From assembly GCA_937930175.1 (NCBI GenBank), contig CALGLP010000006.1, positions 193,749 to 257,748 of the forward strand: 64,000 nucleotides of DNA, read 5' to 3'. This document shows positions 1 to 7,823 of this stretch, in pieces (position 1 is the first letter of the stretch; every line of letters begins with the position of its first letter). The DNA is from an uncultured bacterium. GTDB lineage: Bacteria > Omnitrophota > Gorgyraeia > Zapsychrales > Aceulaceae. Below the pieces are notes generated by a model, which did no database searches, had not been told where the DNA came from, and saw only the letters and a program-made list of their open reading frames with translations. Both the position numbers and the translations under genes were made by a program.

Positions 1-436
1 CATCTTCACGATAAGGAAGTTTTTGATGATATCCATAAGCTTTGTCACTCGAGGCAACGATAATCGCTTGCAGATTCCCCTGCTGACGGGCAGCTTCTAA
101 AACTTCGCAGGTTCCGGTAATATTTGTTTTAAACGTTTTTCGTGGATCTTTTTGGCCAGGGCCAACAAGCGCTTCAGCGGCTAAATGAAAGATAATATTA
201 ATGGAATGCTCTTGCAATATCTTTTGTAAGCGTTTGTAATTCGTGATATTCCCCTTGCAAACGTGCATCTTTTTATAATCCGTGGGCAGAAGGACTGTTT
301 CTTTGCGAAATGTTTGGATATCTACGCCTACTACTTTTGCTTCTGTCTTAAGCAATTCTTTAACAAGATTAGATCCCAGAAAACCCTCAAATCCAGTTAT
401 TAATATTCTTTTATTCTTCCAAAAATTTTTGTTCAT
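1..436 (-). CDS. rfbG: CDP-glucose 4,6-dehydratase, N-terminal part (3' end beyond window start)
   Basis: Reverse-strand translation from ATG at 436 gives MNKNFWKNKRILITGFEGFLGSNLVKELL..., closely matching the RfbG/DdhB N-terminus (MIDKNFWQGKRVFVTGHTGFKGSWL) and an NAD Rossmann GxxGxxG motif. The ATGA overlap with the upstream rfbF stop fits an operon. Confidence 0.75.
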   Translation of the reverse strand, partial: MNKNFWKNKRILITGFEGFLGSNLVKELLKTEAKVVGVDIQTFRKETVLLPTDYKKMHVCKGNITNYKRLQKILQEHSINIIFHLAAEALVGPGQKDPRKTFKTNITGTCEVLEAARQQGNLQAIIVASSDKAYGYHQKLPYRED

Positions 437-1215
437 TGCGTTGGCTCTTCTCGTTTCCAGGGGGCATTTCCAGCATTCCAAAGCTGTTCTAATTCAATTT
501 TGTCTCTTATTGTATCCATGCACTTCCAGAATCCACCATGTTTGTAGGCATTGAGTTGACCCTCTTTGGCAAGTTTTTCGAGAGGTTCTTTTTCCCATAT
601 CGTTGAATCATGGTCGATGTATTGAAATATGTCAGGTTCCAAAACAAAAAAACCACCACTAATCCACGCTCCGTCGCCACGAGGTTTTTCAATAAACGAA
701 GAAACTTTGTCTTCTTTTTCAATGCTCAATGCGCCAAAGCGACCTTCCATTTGAACGGCGGTAACCGTCGCTAGCCTGTTTTTTGACTTATGAAATTCTA
801 CGAGCTTATGAATATCTACGTTTCCAACCCCATCACCATAGGCCAGCAAAAATGTCTTTCCTCCAACATGTTTCTCGATGCGCTTAATTCGTCCACCCGT
901 CATCGTTTCAAGTCCGGTATCAATAAGGGTGACCTTCCAAGGCTCTGCCTTTGATCCGTGTACCAGAGTGGTGTTTGTGCTTAAATCAATTGTTAAATCA
1001 GCGGAATGAAGAAAATAATTTGCGAAATATTCTTTAATGGCATACCCCTTATATCCTAAACAAATAATAAAATCATTAAAACCATAGTGGGAATATATTT
1101 TCATAACATGCCATATAACTGGCTTGCCACCGATCGCAACCATGGGTTTTGGGATGATGCTTGTTTCTTCGCTGATCCGTGTTCCTGTCCCACCCGCAAG
1201 AATAACTACTTTCAT
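433..1215 (-). CDS. rfbF: glucose-1-phosphate cytidylyltransferase
   Basis: MKVVILAGGTGTRISEETSIIPKPMVAIGGKPVIWHVMKIYSHYGFNDFIICLGYKGYAIKEYF is typical of CDP-glucose pyrophosphorylase. The start was chosen at MKVV, 3 codons inside the track ORF. Confidence 0.85.
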   Translation of the reverse strand: MKVVILAGGTGTRISEETSIIPKPMVAIGGKPVIWHVMKIYSHYGFNDFIICLGYKGYAIKEYFANYFLHSADLTIDLSTNTTLVHGSKAEPWKVTLIDTGLETMTGGRIKRIEKHVGGKTFLLAYGDGVGNVDIHKLVEFHKSKNRLATVTAVQMEGRFGALSIEKEDKVSSFIEKPRGDGAWISGGFFVLEPDIFQYIDHDSTIWEKEPLEKLAKEGQLNAYKHGGFWKCMDTIRDKIELEQLWNAGNAPWKREEPTQ

Positions 1216-1343
1216 AAGAATCATCTCCTTAGCAATGACTTGACAATGTTAATATGATATTACTTTTTTAGGTTAATGGCAGTAAGACTTTTGTTTTGCT
1301 CTGAACATTATGTTGTCGAGGCTTTATTATGGCAATGCAGATT

Positions 1344-1673
1344 TTATTGATAGCTAACTTTAGAGGTGACTTGTTGTGTTCCCTCTGGCCCGATAACGAA
1401 AGGATTAACGCTAAGGCTGGGAGTAAAAGTTTTCCCATTGAGTGTTTCAGCAGGGGCTGTTAAGCTATTTCCGGTCGTTACGCGACTCATGTAGTTTAAC
1501 CAAAAGGCTCCCTTGGCAAGTTGTTCAGATTTGATTTTATCAACTTGGGCTTGCCCAAGATAGGCTTGACTACCGGTCACGCTGATGACGCTGATAGCTA
1601 AAATGGATAAGGCCATGATGATGGCTGTGGCGATAATAAGGGTGATCCCTTTGTTATTTCTAGAGATGTTCAT
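1344..1673 (-). CDS. small exported or membrane-anchored protein with pilin-like N-terminus (KGITLIIATAIIMAL) but no Glu at +5
   Basis: 109-aa ORF co-oriented with the exbBD module and overlapping it by 14 nt. It has a basic N-terminus followed by a hydrophobic helix. No family recognised. Confidence 0.4.
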   Translation of the reverse strand: MNISRNNKGITLIIATAIIMALSILAISVISVTGSQAYLGQAQVDKIKSEQLAKGAFWLNYMSRVTTGNSLTAPAETLNGKTFTPSLSVNPFVIGPEGTQQVTSKVSYQ

Positions 1674-1932
1674 CTTTTTCTCCTTTTATTTGCTGATCAT
1701 GATCGTTATTTTTATCTTTCTCGATGTAGCTTTCACATCGAGGACAAATGTGTATTTCTTGCTTTGATATGTCAACAAAAACATAACTGCAATAAGGGCA
1801 CTGAACGGCATCCCTTGATTGTTTCAAAGAACTTTCTTCCTCTATAGTATACCTGAACCAAGAACCTATGACAAGTAGCAAGACAAGAGAAAGTACAAGG
1901 CTTATGGCTAAATCAAGGTTAATAATGATCAT
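1660..1932 (-). CDS. small membrane protein with C-terminal zinc-ribbon (CPYC...CPRC)
   Basis: 90 aa with one N-terminal TM helix and a CxxC-x17-CxxC motif. It overlaps the neighbouring genes by 14 nt on both sides. Confidence 0.45.
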   Translation of the reverse strand: MIIINLDLAISLVLSLVLLLVIGSWFRYTIEEESSLKQSRDAVQCPYCSYVFVDISKQEIHICPRCESYIEKDKNNDHDQQIKGEKDEHL

Positions 1933-2353
1933 GTTCTGGTAATCTTAAGGGTGTATATTGAAAGGGTTCATCATTTTGCATGTTAGGATCAGCAGCTGTA
2001 GGGTCTTGAGATGCCGCGGCGGGATCAATTTTTTGATGTGGTAAGGTTTTTTTTGTTGACGTTGGAAGAGATAAAAAAAGGAAGGATCGGGGCGTTTCTG
2101 TTTTAATGTGGGGATTCGTTGTTAATTGGTTAGCGAAGGTGGCGATTTCTCTGTTGTTAAGGTTAAGCTGTGGAGGGTTTTTATTGGCAGCTTGCGTGTC
2201 GTAGGGCTTTAAGAAAGATCCTAAAAAGTTGACAAAGGGTTGCATGGGAATATTTTTTAATGGGATGCGAAAGGAAAAAAAACTTAAGATAATGATATGC
2301 GCCGCAAGAGATAGAAAAAGCGCCTGAAAAGCAATCCCGCGAAGATTTCGCAA
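1919..2353 (-). CDS. TonB/TolA-position membrane protein (N-terminal anchor, Pro/Gln-rich linker, no recognisable TonB C-domain)
   Basis: Lies immediately downstream of exbD. The track ORF starts at TTG 2428 inside exbD. A TTG at 2353 preceded by GGAGCA gives RNLRGIAFQALFLSLAAHIIILSFF, a positive-then-TM start like a TonB N-terminus. The rest is low-complexity and proline-rich. Confidence 0.4.
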   Translation of the reverse strand: MRNLRGIAFQALFLSLAAHIIILSFFSFRIPLKNIPMQPFVNFLGSFLKPYDTQAANKNPPQLNLNNREIATFANQLTTNPHIKTETPRSFLFLSLPTSTKKTLPHQKIDPAAASQDPTAADPNMQNDEPFQYTPLRLPEHDHY

Positions 2354-2364
2354 TCTCTGTGCTC

Positions 2365-2769
2365 CTACTTTTCTTGATTGGTGGCGATGTTGACCCTTTC
2401 GATACCCAGCTCTCGGCAAAGGTCCCAAATGTCAATGATGCGCCCCAGGGATGCGCGTCGATCTGCCTTGATCAGGATAAGCCGGTCCTTGTTTGCTTTT
2501 TTCTCAAGTTCTTGGCGCAGAGTTTTCATCGTTGAGACCGCATCGTTGAGATAGAGTACATCTTCGCTTGTGATGGTGATCACAAGGTTTTCTTCCTTAA
2601 TAATTTCACTGGTGATAGCCTTGGGAAGCTTGACTGTGATCCCTGATTGATAGACAAAGGATGATGAGAGCAAGAAAAAGATCAAAAGTAAAAAGACGAC
2701 ATCAACAAGCGGTGCGATGTTAATTTGGTCTAATCCTTGACCTGCTTTGACAGAACGCTTAAATTGCAA
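2365..2769 (-). CDS. exbD: biopolymer transport protein ExbD/TolR
   Basis: 134 aa. NIAPLVDVVFLLLIFFLLSSSF is the single TM typical of ExbD/TolR, followed by a periplasmic domain. Confidence 0.85.
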   Translation of the reverse strand: MQFKRSVKAGQGLDQINIAPLVDVVFLLLIFFLLSSSFVYQSGITVKLPKAITSEIIKEENLVITITSEDVLYLNDAVSTMKTLRQELEKKANKDRLILIKADRRASLGRIIDIWDLCRELGIERVNIATNQEK

Positions 2770-2789
2770 AGGACACTCTCCGCTTCTAC

Positions 2790-3425
2790 CTAAATTTGTG
2801 TAAGATGATTGATGAGCTCTGTAGCGCTTCGTTCCATTTCAAGAATAAACTTGTTGATGCGGCTAACAAGGTAGTTGTAAATAACATACGTTGGAATCGC
2901 AACCATAAGGCCTGCGACGGTTGTCAAAAGGGCTTCCCAGATACCTCCAGCCAAATCTCCGGGCGTGACGGGATTCATCGACGTTGCACGTACCTGAATC
3001 GTTTGAAAACTTGTGGCCATGCCGGTGACGGTTCCTAAGAGTCCTAAAAGCGGTGAAATTTGGGCGATGGTCGCTAAAGCTGTTAATCGTCGTTCAAGCT
3101 TGGGGATTTCAAATTGGCTTGTATCATTTAATGCTTCTTTAATTTCCTCTTTAGGGGATCCAAATCTTAAAAGGCCGGCTTGCAAGACCTTGGCTACAGG
3201 TGATGCGCTTTCTTCACAGAGATCAATGGCCTCTTTGATTTTATTGTTCTTGATTGCTTCAAAAACCGTTGCGCGAATTTTTTTTGGGTTTTCTTTGATA
3301 AGAGAAAAATAAATAAGCTTTTCGATCGTAATCGCAAGAGCTAAAAATGAACAGAGGATGATTGGAACCATGATCGGCCCCCCTGCTACAATTAATTGCC
3401 ATGCGCTCATTTGCCAGATACCCAT
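2790..3425 (-). CDS. exbB: MotA/TolQ/ExbB proton channel protein
   Basis: 211 aa with three TM helices. The segment ALLTTVAGLMVAIPTYVIYNYL matches the conserved ExbB/TolQ C-terminal helix region. Confidence 0.85.
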   Translation of the reverse strand: MGIWQMSAWQLIVAGGPIMVPIILCSFLALAITIEKLIYFSLIKENPKKIRATVFEAIKNNKIKEAIDLCEESASPVAKVLQAGLLRFGSPKEEIKEALNDTSQFEIPKLERRLTALATIAQISPLLGLLGTVTGMATSFQTIQVRATSMNPVTPGDLAGGIWEALLTTVAGLMVAIPTYVIYNYLVSRINKFILEMERSATELINHLTQI

Positions 3426-3451
3426 AGGGGTTGTCCTTTCGTTAAAACATG

Positions 3452-5923
3452 TTATTGATTTTCAAGAATTATGTTGATTTGATCAAGACGTTCTTGAACA
3501 AACGTTTTTTCATCGACATCAAATGGTAAAATCTTTTCATATGTTGCTTTAGCGTTAGTCCAGTCTTCTTTTTCTTCAAAGATGCGCGCGACCCGTAGAT
3601 ACGCTTTAATGACTAGGAATGTGTCCTTAGGATAAAGATAAGGAATTTTTAGATACGCGTCAATAGCTTCTTCAGATTTATTCATGAGCTCTGATAGATC
3701 CGCTAAGGCAAATTGGAGCTCGCTGTCTTTCACGGCGCTATTTGTAGTGCTTGCTTTGACGCTGAGGCCACTACGGTAAGCAAGGAAAGCTTTTTCATAG
3801 TCCTTGTTTTCTTTGTAAATGGCTGCCATTTTGATGTAGGCGTCACGCGAAAACTCTGGAGAATTCTTGATAATGTTTTCATAGGTCGTGATCGCGGTAG
3901 CGGGATCAAGTTGTTGGGCAAATGTATCCGCAATCGAGAGCTTGGCTTTTGCATAGATTTCCTGGCCATGCTCAGGTTTGATTTGTTTAAAATAGTTTAA
4001 AGCTATGTCGAACTCTTGTTTTTGATAATAAACTTGTCCAAGGGCAAGAAGAACCTCTGGGATCTGAGGGCTTGTGGCATATTCGCTGAGAATTTGTTCA
4101 TAATACATAATTGCATTTTTAAAGTCAAAGGTCTGGGTATAGTATTCTCCTAGCCATAGAAGGGCCTCGAGGGCTATGGTCGTTTTTGGATATTTATAGA
4201 GAATAATTTTAAATTCTCGTAAGGCATCTTGCACCGCGCCTTTATCGTAGAGGTTTTTTGCCATGCTGATTTTAACTTTTTGAACAAGGTCTATTTTTTG
4301 GGGATAGAGGCGCTCTATTTTCTTAAAGATTTTCATGGCCTCATCATGTTCTTTGAGATTTTGGCAGGAAAGACCAAGGATGTAGTGGGCGTCGGGCTGA
4401 AGTTCGTGATCCGGGGCTAAATTTTGAATAAATTTTGTTAGGTAATCTTTGGCGATAAGCCAATCCCCTTTGTTAAAGTAGGCAACTCCCATATAATAGA
4501 GGATATCAGCATTGTAGCGGCTATTAGGAAAGTTTTTCTCGAGGCTTTGGAACGAAAGGATGGCGCTGCTTGTTTTACCGAGTTTTAAAAGGGCCACCCC
4601 TTGACGGTATTGGGCGTAATCGGTGTAAGGTGTGTTTGGATAATTCTGAAGGATTTGATCGTATACGCTGATTGCTTTTTCCAGATCTCCGGTGTCTTGA
4701 TAGGCGTCGGCGATCTGCGTTAAGGCGCTGACTTTAATGATTTTATTTTGGGTATGATCGATCACGGCGTTGAACGTTTCAATTGCTTTTGTCATGTCCC
4801 CGCTTTTTAAATACGTCCAGGCTAATCCTAGGTAACCTTTTTCAACCCTTTCCGTGGCGGTGTTATTTGCTTCAAAATCTTTAATAAGCATTTGATAGGC
4901 TTCAATCGCTTGTGGATATTCTTCCATTGTGTACAAAAGATTCGCTTTGCCTAAATAGGCTTCGCTAAGACGTGGGCTTTGAGGATATCTTTTGATCAAG
5001 TCGTCGTAGCAGTTGAGGGCTTGGTCATAATTTTTTGTTTCAGTAAAAAGATTGGCTAACCCTAAAAGCGATTCTCCTGTGTCGATTTTTCTTTCTTCGC
5101 CAAATTTTCGGGCTTGCTCAAAGGCTTGCTGTGCTTGTGGGTATTGTTTAAGTCGCAAGTATCCCCAGGCGATTCCTATATCGGAAAGTAGTTTAGTTTT
5201 ATCATTGCGTGATTGTTGTTTGGCCAATTCATAATGCTTGATGGATTCAGGATAATCTTCGCGATAGTAGTTTGATTCGGCAATGTAAAAAAAGGCTTGA
5301 TCAAGGCGTATCGATGCTGGAAATAGCTCAATATATTTCTGAAAGGATTGGATTGCCCTGGGGTAGGACGTGGTGTTAAAGGCGCATTCGCCAATACGAA
5401 ACCAGGCATCTTCGGCAAGTTGATGGCTGGGAAATTGACTGACGAAGCTTTTGAATTTTTCTTGAGCATTGTCAAAGGAGTTGGTTTCAAATTCAATCCA
5501 TGCTAAGGCATAAAAAGCCTGAGGTGCGTAATCAGAGCCAGGGTAAATATTTAAGATCTTTTGATAGCGTTCTTTGGCTTGGGCATAATCCTTGCCTTTA
5601 AGATAAGTTTCGGCAAGCCAGAAAAGGATGGCATCTTGATAGCCTGGCTGGGCTTCTAGGGTTTGAAATGTATCAAAAGCTTTGAGATATTGCCCTTTAA
5701 AGAAATAACATTGGCCGAGCAAGAGCTTAGCTTCGGATCGCTTGGTGGTTTGCGGATAATCTTTCAGGAATTGGTTGATATAGCGCATGGCCACATCGTA
5801 AAAGCCATCTTCAAAGGCTTTTTGTGAAACGAGAAATAACTCGATTTCGCTATTTTGCGCCTGCGCTAAAGGGGTCCAGAGCGTTAAGAATATGAGATAA
5901 AAAATTAAAGATAATCTTATCAT
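3452..5923 (-). CDS. secreted tetratricopeptide-repeat (TPR) protein, 823 aa
   Basis: Signal peptide (LWTPLAQAQ) then many approximately 34-aa repeats with the A/Y/L/G pattern (AxxYxxxG...YxxA). First gene of the co-oriented exbBD set. Confidence 0.8.
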   Translation of the reverse strand: MIRLSLIFYLIFLTLWTPLAQAQNSEIELFLVSQKAFEDGFYDVAMRYINQFLKDYPQTTKRSEAKLLLGQCYFFKGQYLKAFDTFQTLEAQPGYQDAILFWLAETYLKGKDYAQAKERYQKILNIYPGSDYAPQAFYALAWIEFETNSFDNAQEKFKSFVSQFPSHQLAEDAWFRIGECAFNTTSYPRAIQSFQKYIELFPASIRLDQAFFYIAESNYYREDYPESIKHYELAKQQSRNDKTKLLSDIGIAWGYLRLKQYPQAQQAFEQARKFGEERKIDTGESLLGLANLFTETKNYDQALNCYDDLIKRYPQSPRLSEAYLGKANLLYTMEEYPQAIEAYQMLIKDFEANNTATERVEKGYLGLAWTYLKSGDMTKAIETFNAVIDHTQNKIIKVSALTQIADAYQDTGDLEKAISVYDQILQNYPNTPYTDYAQYRQGVALLKLGKTSSAILSFQSLEKNFPNSRYNADILYYMGVAYFNKGDWLIAKDYLTKFIQNLAPDHELQPDAHYILGLSCQNLKEHDEAMKIFKKIERLYPQKIDLVQKVKISMAKNLYDKGAVQDALREFKIILYKYPKTTIALEALLWLGEYYTQTFDFKNAIMYYEQILSEYATSPQIPEVLLALGQVYYQKQEFDIALNYFKQIKPEHGQEIYAKAKLSIADTFAQQLDPATAITTYENIIKNSPEFSRDAYIKMAAIYKENKDYEKAFLAYRSGLSVKASTTNSAVKDSELQFALADLSELMNKSEEAIDAYLKIPYLYPKDTFLVIKAYLRVARIFEEKEDWTNAKATYEKILPFDVDEKTFVQERLDQINIILENQ

Positions 5924-5947
5924 TTTTATATTATAACAAGTTATGAG

Positions 5948-7810
5948 TTATTTCGTATTCTGTTTTTCTTTGTTTTCTTGGGCTAAAGCACGGTAAAATT
6001 TTCTTGCCGTATCGATTATTTGTGTATTTTCTTTATATTTAGTGTTTAATTTTATAATTTCACGAATTGCCTGGTTGCGATAACCGATATTGAAAAAGGT
6101 AGCTGCTTGGGCGCGCTCTTTGATGTAGAGCGTTTCTTCTTGGAGGAATGTTGCATGCTTAGGCTGTGTCATAGGGTCACCAACAATCTGATTGAAAGCT
6201 TCTTTCTCTTTAACGGAGAGCTCAGAATTATCGATATTTTCCTGAATGAAAATGTTTTTTTGAGTATCAGCAAAATTTTTTTTAATAAAAAGAACATCTA
6301 TGTCATCAACAAGTGCTAGCTCCCATGCAGGATCCTTATTTAATTGCTTGGCTAAGAGGACATATGAGTACTTGCTCAACCCAAGAAAAGCAATCTGGAA
6401 GTCATATTTTTTGTCTAACACCATCCAGAGGTCCAATGGGTTCCCCCCCCACGGAACAAATTCATTAAAGAAAATATTCTGATCGATTTGACGTCCATCC
6501 ACAAAAGGTTTTGACTTTGGATACAAGCTCCATATGATGTACCCTCCAAGATCATCGTTACAAAAAACTCGGTTGGGTGTCTTAAGTGAGGCTAAGAATT
6601 TAATAGCTGCTTGATGATCATTCATGAAAAAATTTCTAAAGAGGAGGCGTTCTTTTGTTCCGTTCTGAACAACGTACATGTTCATACGCACATAAAACAT
6701 AGTTCCGGCAAAGAGAATAATATAGAAAAATATTGCTCCTAAGTAGATTAGAAAGAACTTTTTAGCGCGAAAATTTTCCATTTTGGGAAAGGCTAGAACA
6801 AGCATATACGTTAGGACAACCAATGCGATGTCAGCAAGGCGGTGGGAATATAGAAAGCAAAAAAAAGACAGGATAGTTAAGAACAGGATTGTTAACTTAT
6901 TTTTTAGTCTTTTTAAGGAAACAGTAAGTGTAAAGAAAGCGAGCCCTAGAAGGGGGTAAAGCCAAAATAATTCAGGCTTGAGGATGTTAGGAGAAAGCTG
7001 TTCCGCGATAATACGAGTTGTTTTATAAAAATTAATAAATTCTGGAAAAAGAAAGACTTTCCATGGATAAAGCAAGGCGTTGATACCATAAGGGCTAATA
7101 ACCATGGACAACCAAAATAAAAGTAATCCTAAAAAGAGGTCTTTGATGGGTTTTACGTGGTCTGTAGGATAGCAAAGTGTTTTTTTATTAATTAAGAAGT
7201 TTCCGTATTCAACGATAGCGGAAAAAAGAAAGACTCCGATTAAGGGCGTTCCATAAACAAAGCTTCCAAGGTGTAGGTTTGACCATAAAGCTCCTAAAGG
7301 AAGAAGCCAGAGGAGTTTCTTGTGATCACGCGTTTTTTCATAGCCAAGAAGTATGATGAGAATAAATTGAAGAAAGAGCGCGTTGAAGATCATGGGACGT
7401 AGCAAGCATATTCGCTCAAGGCCTGAGACAAGAAAAAAGGCTAAGATGGCTAGATAGTAAAATGGTATTTTCTTGCGATTGTATAAAACAAAGATGAGAA
7501 TGGATAAGAAAAAGATTAGAAAGCGAAAAAATTTTAGGCCGGGAATGCCACTGAGCGCATACACGAGATAAAATATTGTGCTTCCGAGCCATTGGGTGAA
7601 AACCCATGGATGAGGTTTATCTGTAAATGAAAAGGGATCATAATGAGGAACGGCACCATGCTGGACAATCCATCTTCCTGTTGCAAGATGCCACCATCCA
7701 TCCTCAAATTCTAAAGGCTTGAAAAATGAAACAAAAATAAAGAGCAAGAGAATGGAAGTTGTCAGGATCTTTAAAGCTGTTTCGACATTCTTATTAATCG
7801 GGATTTTCAT
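5948..7810 (-). CDS. polytopic membrane protein, GT-C-like (PMT/ArnT-like) glycosyltransferase candidate with C-terminal soluble domain
   Basis: 620 aa with at least 10 predicted TM helices. The first loop has an acidic FEDGWWHLATGRW motif reminiscent of GT-C transferases. The family assignment is inference only. Confidence 0.45.
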   Translation of the reverse strand: MKIPINKNVETALKILTTSILLLFIFVSFFKPLEFEDGWWHLATGRWIVQHGAVPHYDPFSFTDKPHPWVFTQWLGSTIFYLVYALSGIPGLKFFRFLIFFLSILIFVLYNRKKIPFYYLAILAFFLVSGLERICLLRPMIFNALFLQFILIILLGYEKTRDHKKLLWLLPLGALWSNLHLGSFVYGTPLIGVFLFSAIVEYGNFLINKKTLCYPTDHVKPIKDLFLGLLLFWLSMVISPYGINALLYPWKVFLFPEFINFYKTTRIIAEQLSPNILKPELFWLYPLLGLAFFTLTVSLKRLKNKLTILFLTILSFFCFLYSHRLADIALVVLTYMLVLAFPKMENFRAKKFFLIYLGAIFFYIILFAGTMFYVRMNMYVVQNGTKERLLFRNFFMNDHQAAIKFLASLKTPNRVFCNDDLGGYIIWSLYPKSKPFVDGRQIDQNIFFNEFVPWGGNPLDLWMVLDKKYDFQIAFLGLSKYSYVLLAKQLNKDPAWELALVDDIDVLFIKKNFADTQKNIFIQENIDNSELSVKEKEAFNQIVGDPMTQPKHATFLQEETLYIKERAQAATFFNIGYRNQAIREIIKLNTKYKENTQIIDTARKFYRALAQENKEKQNTK

Positions 7811-7823
7811 GTTTCTCCTAATT

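Noticed and set aside
282-554. Plus-strand ORFs in the track that overlap minus-strand genes (for example 282-554, 3013-3312, 8107-8355, 10148-10528, 24347-24712, 30638-31042, 60135-60740)
   Set aside because: All lie antisense to, or out of frame with, strongly supported homology-backed genes. They have low-complexity or Arg/Ser-rich composition typical of shadow ORFs. The only plus-strand genes kept are 34147-34953, 37134-38054 and 38106-39047.
1225-1343. Plus-strand TTGACA...TATTAC promoter-like sequence between rfbF and the small pilin-like ORF
   Set aside because: Both flanking genes are on the minus strand, so a plus-strand promoter here would drive only antisense transcription. It is a probable chance match in AT-rich DNA.
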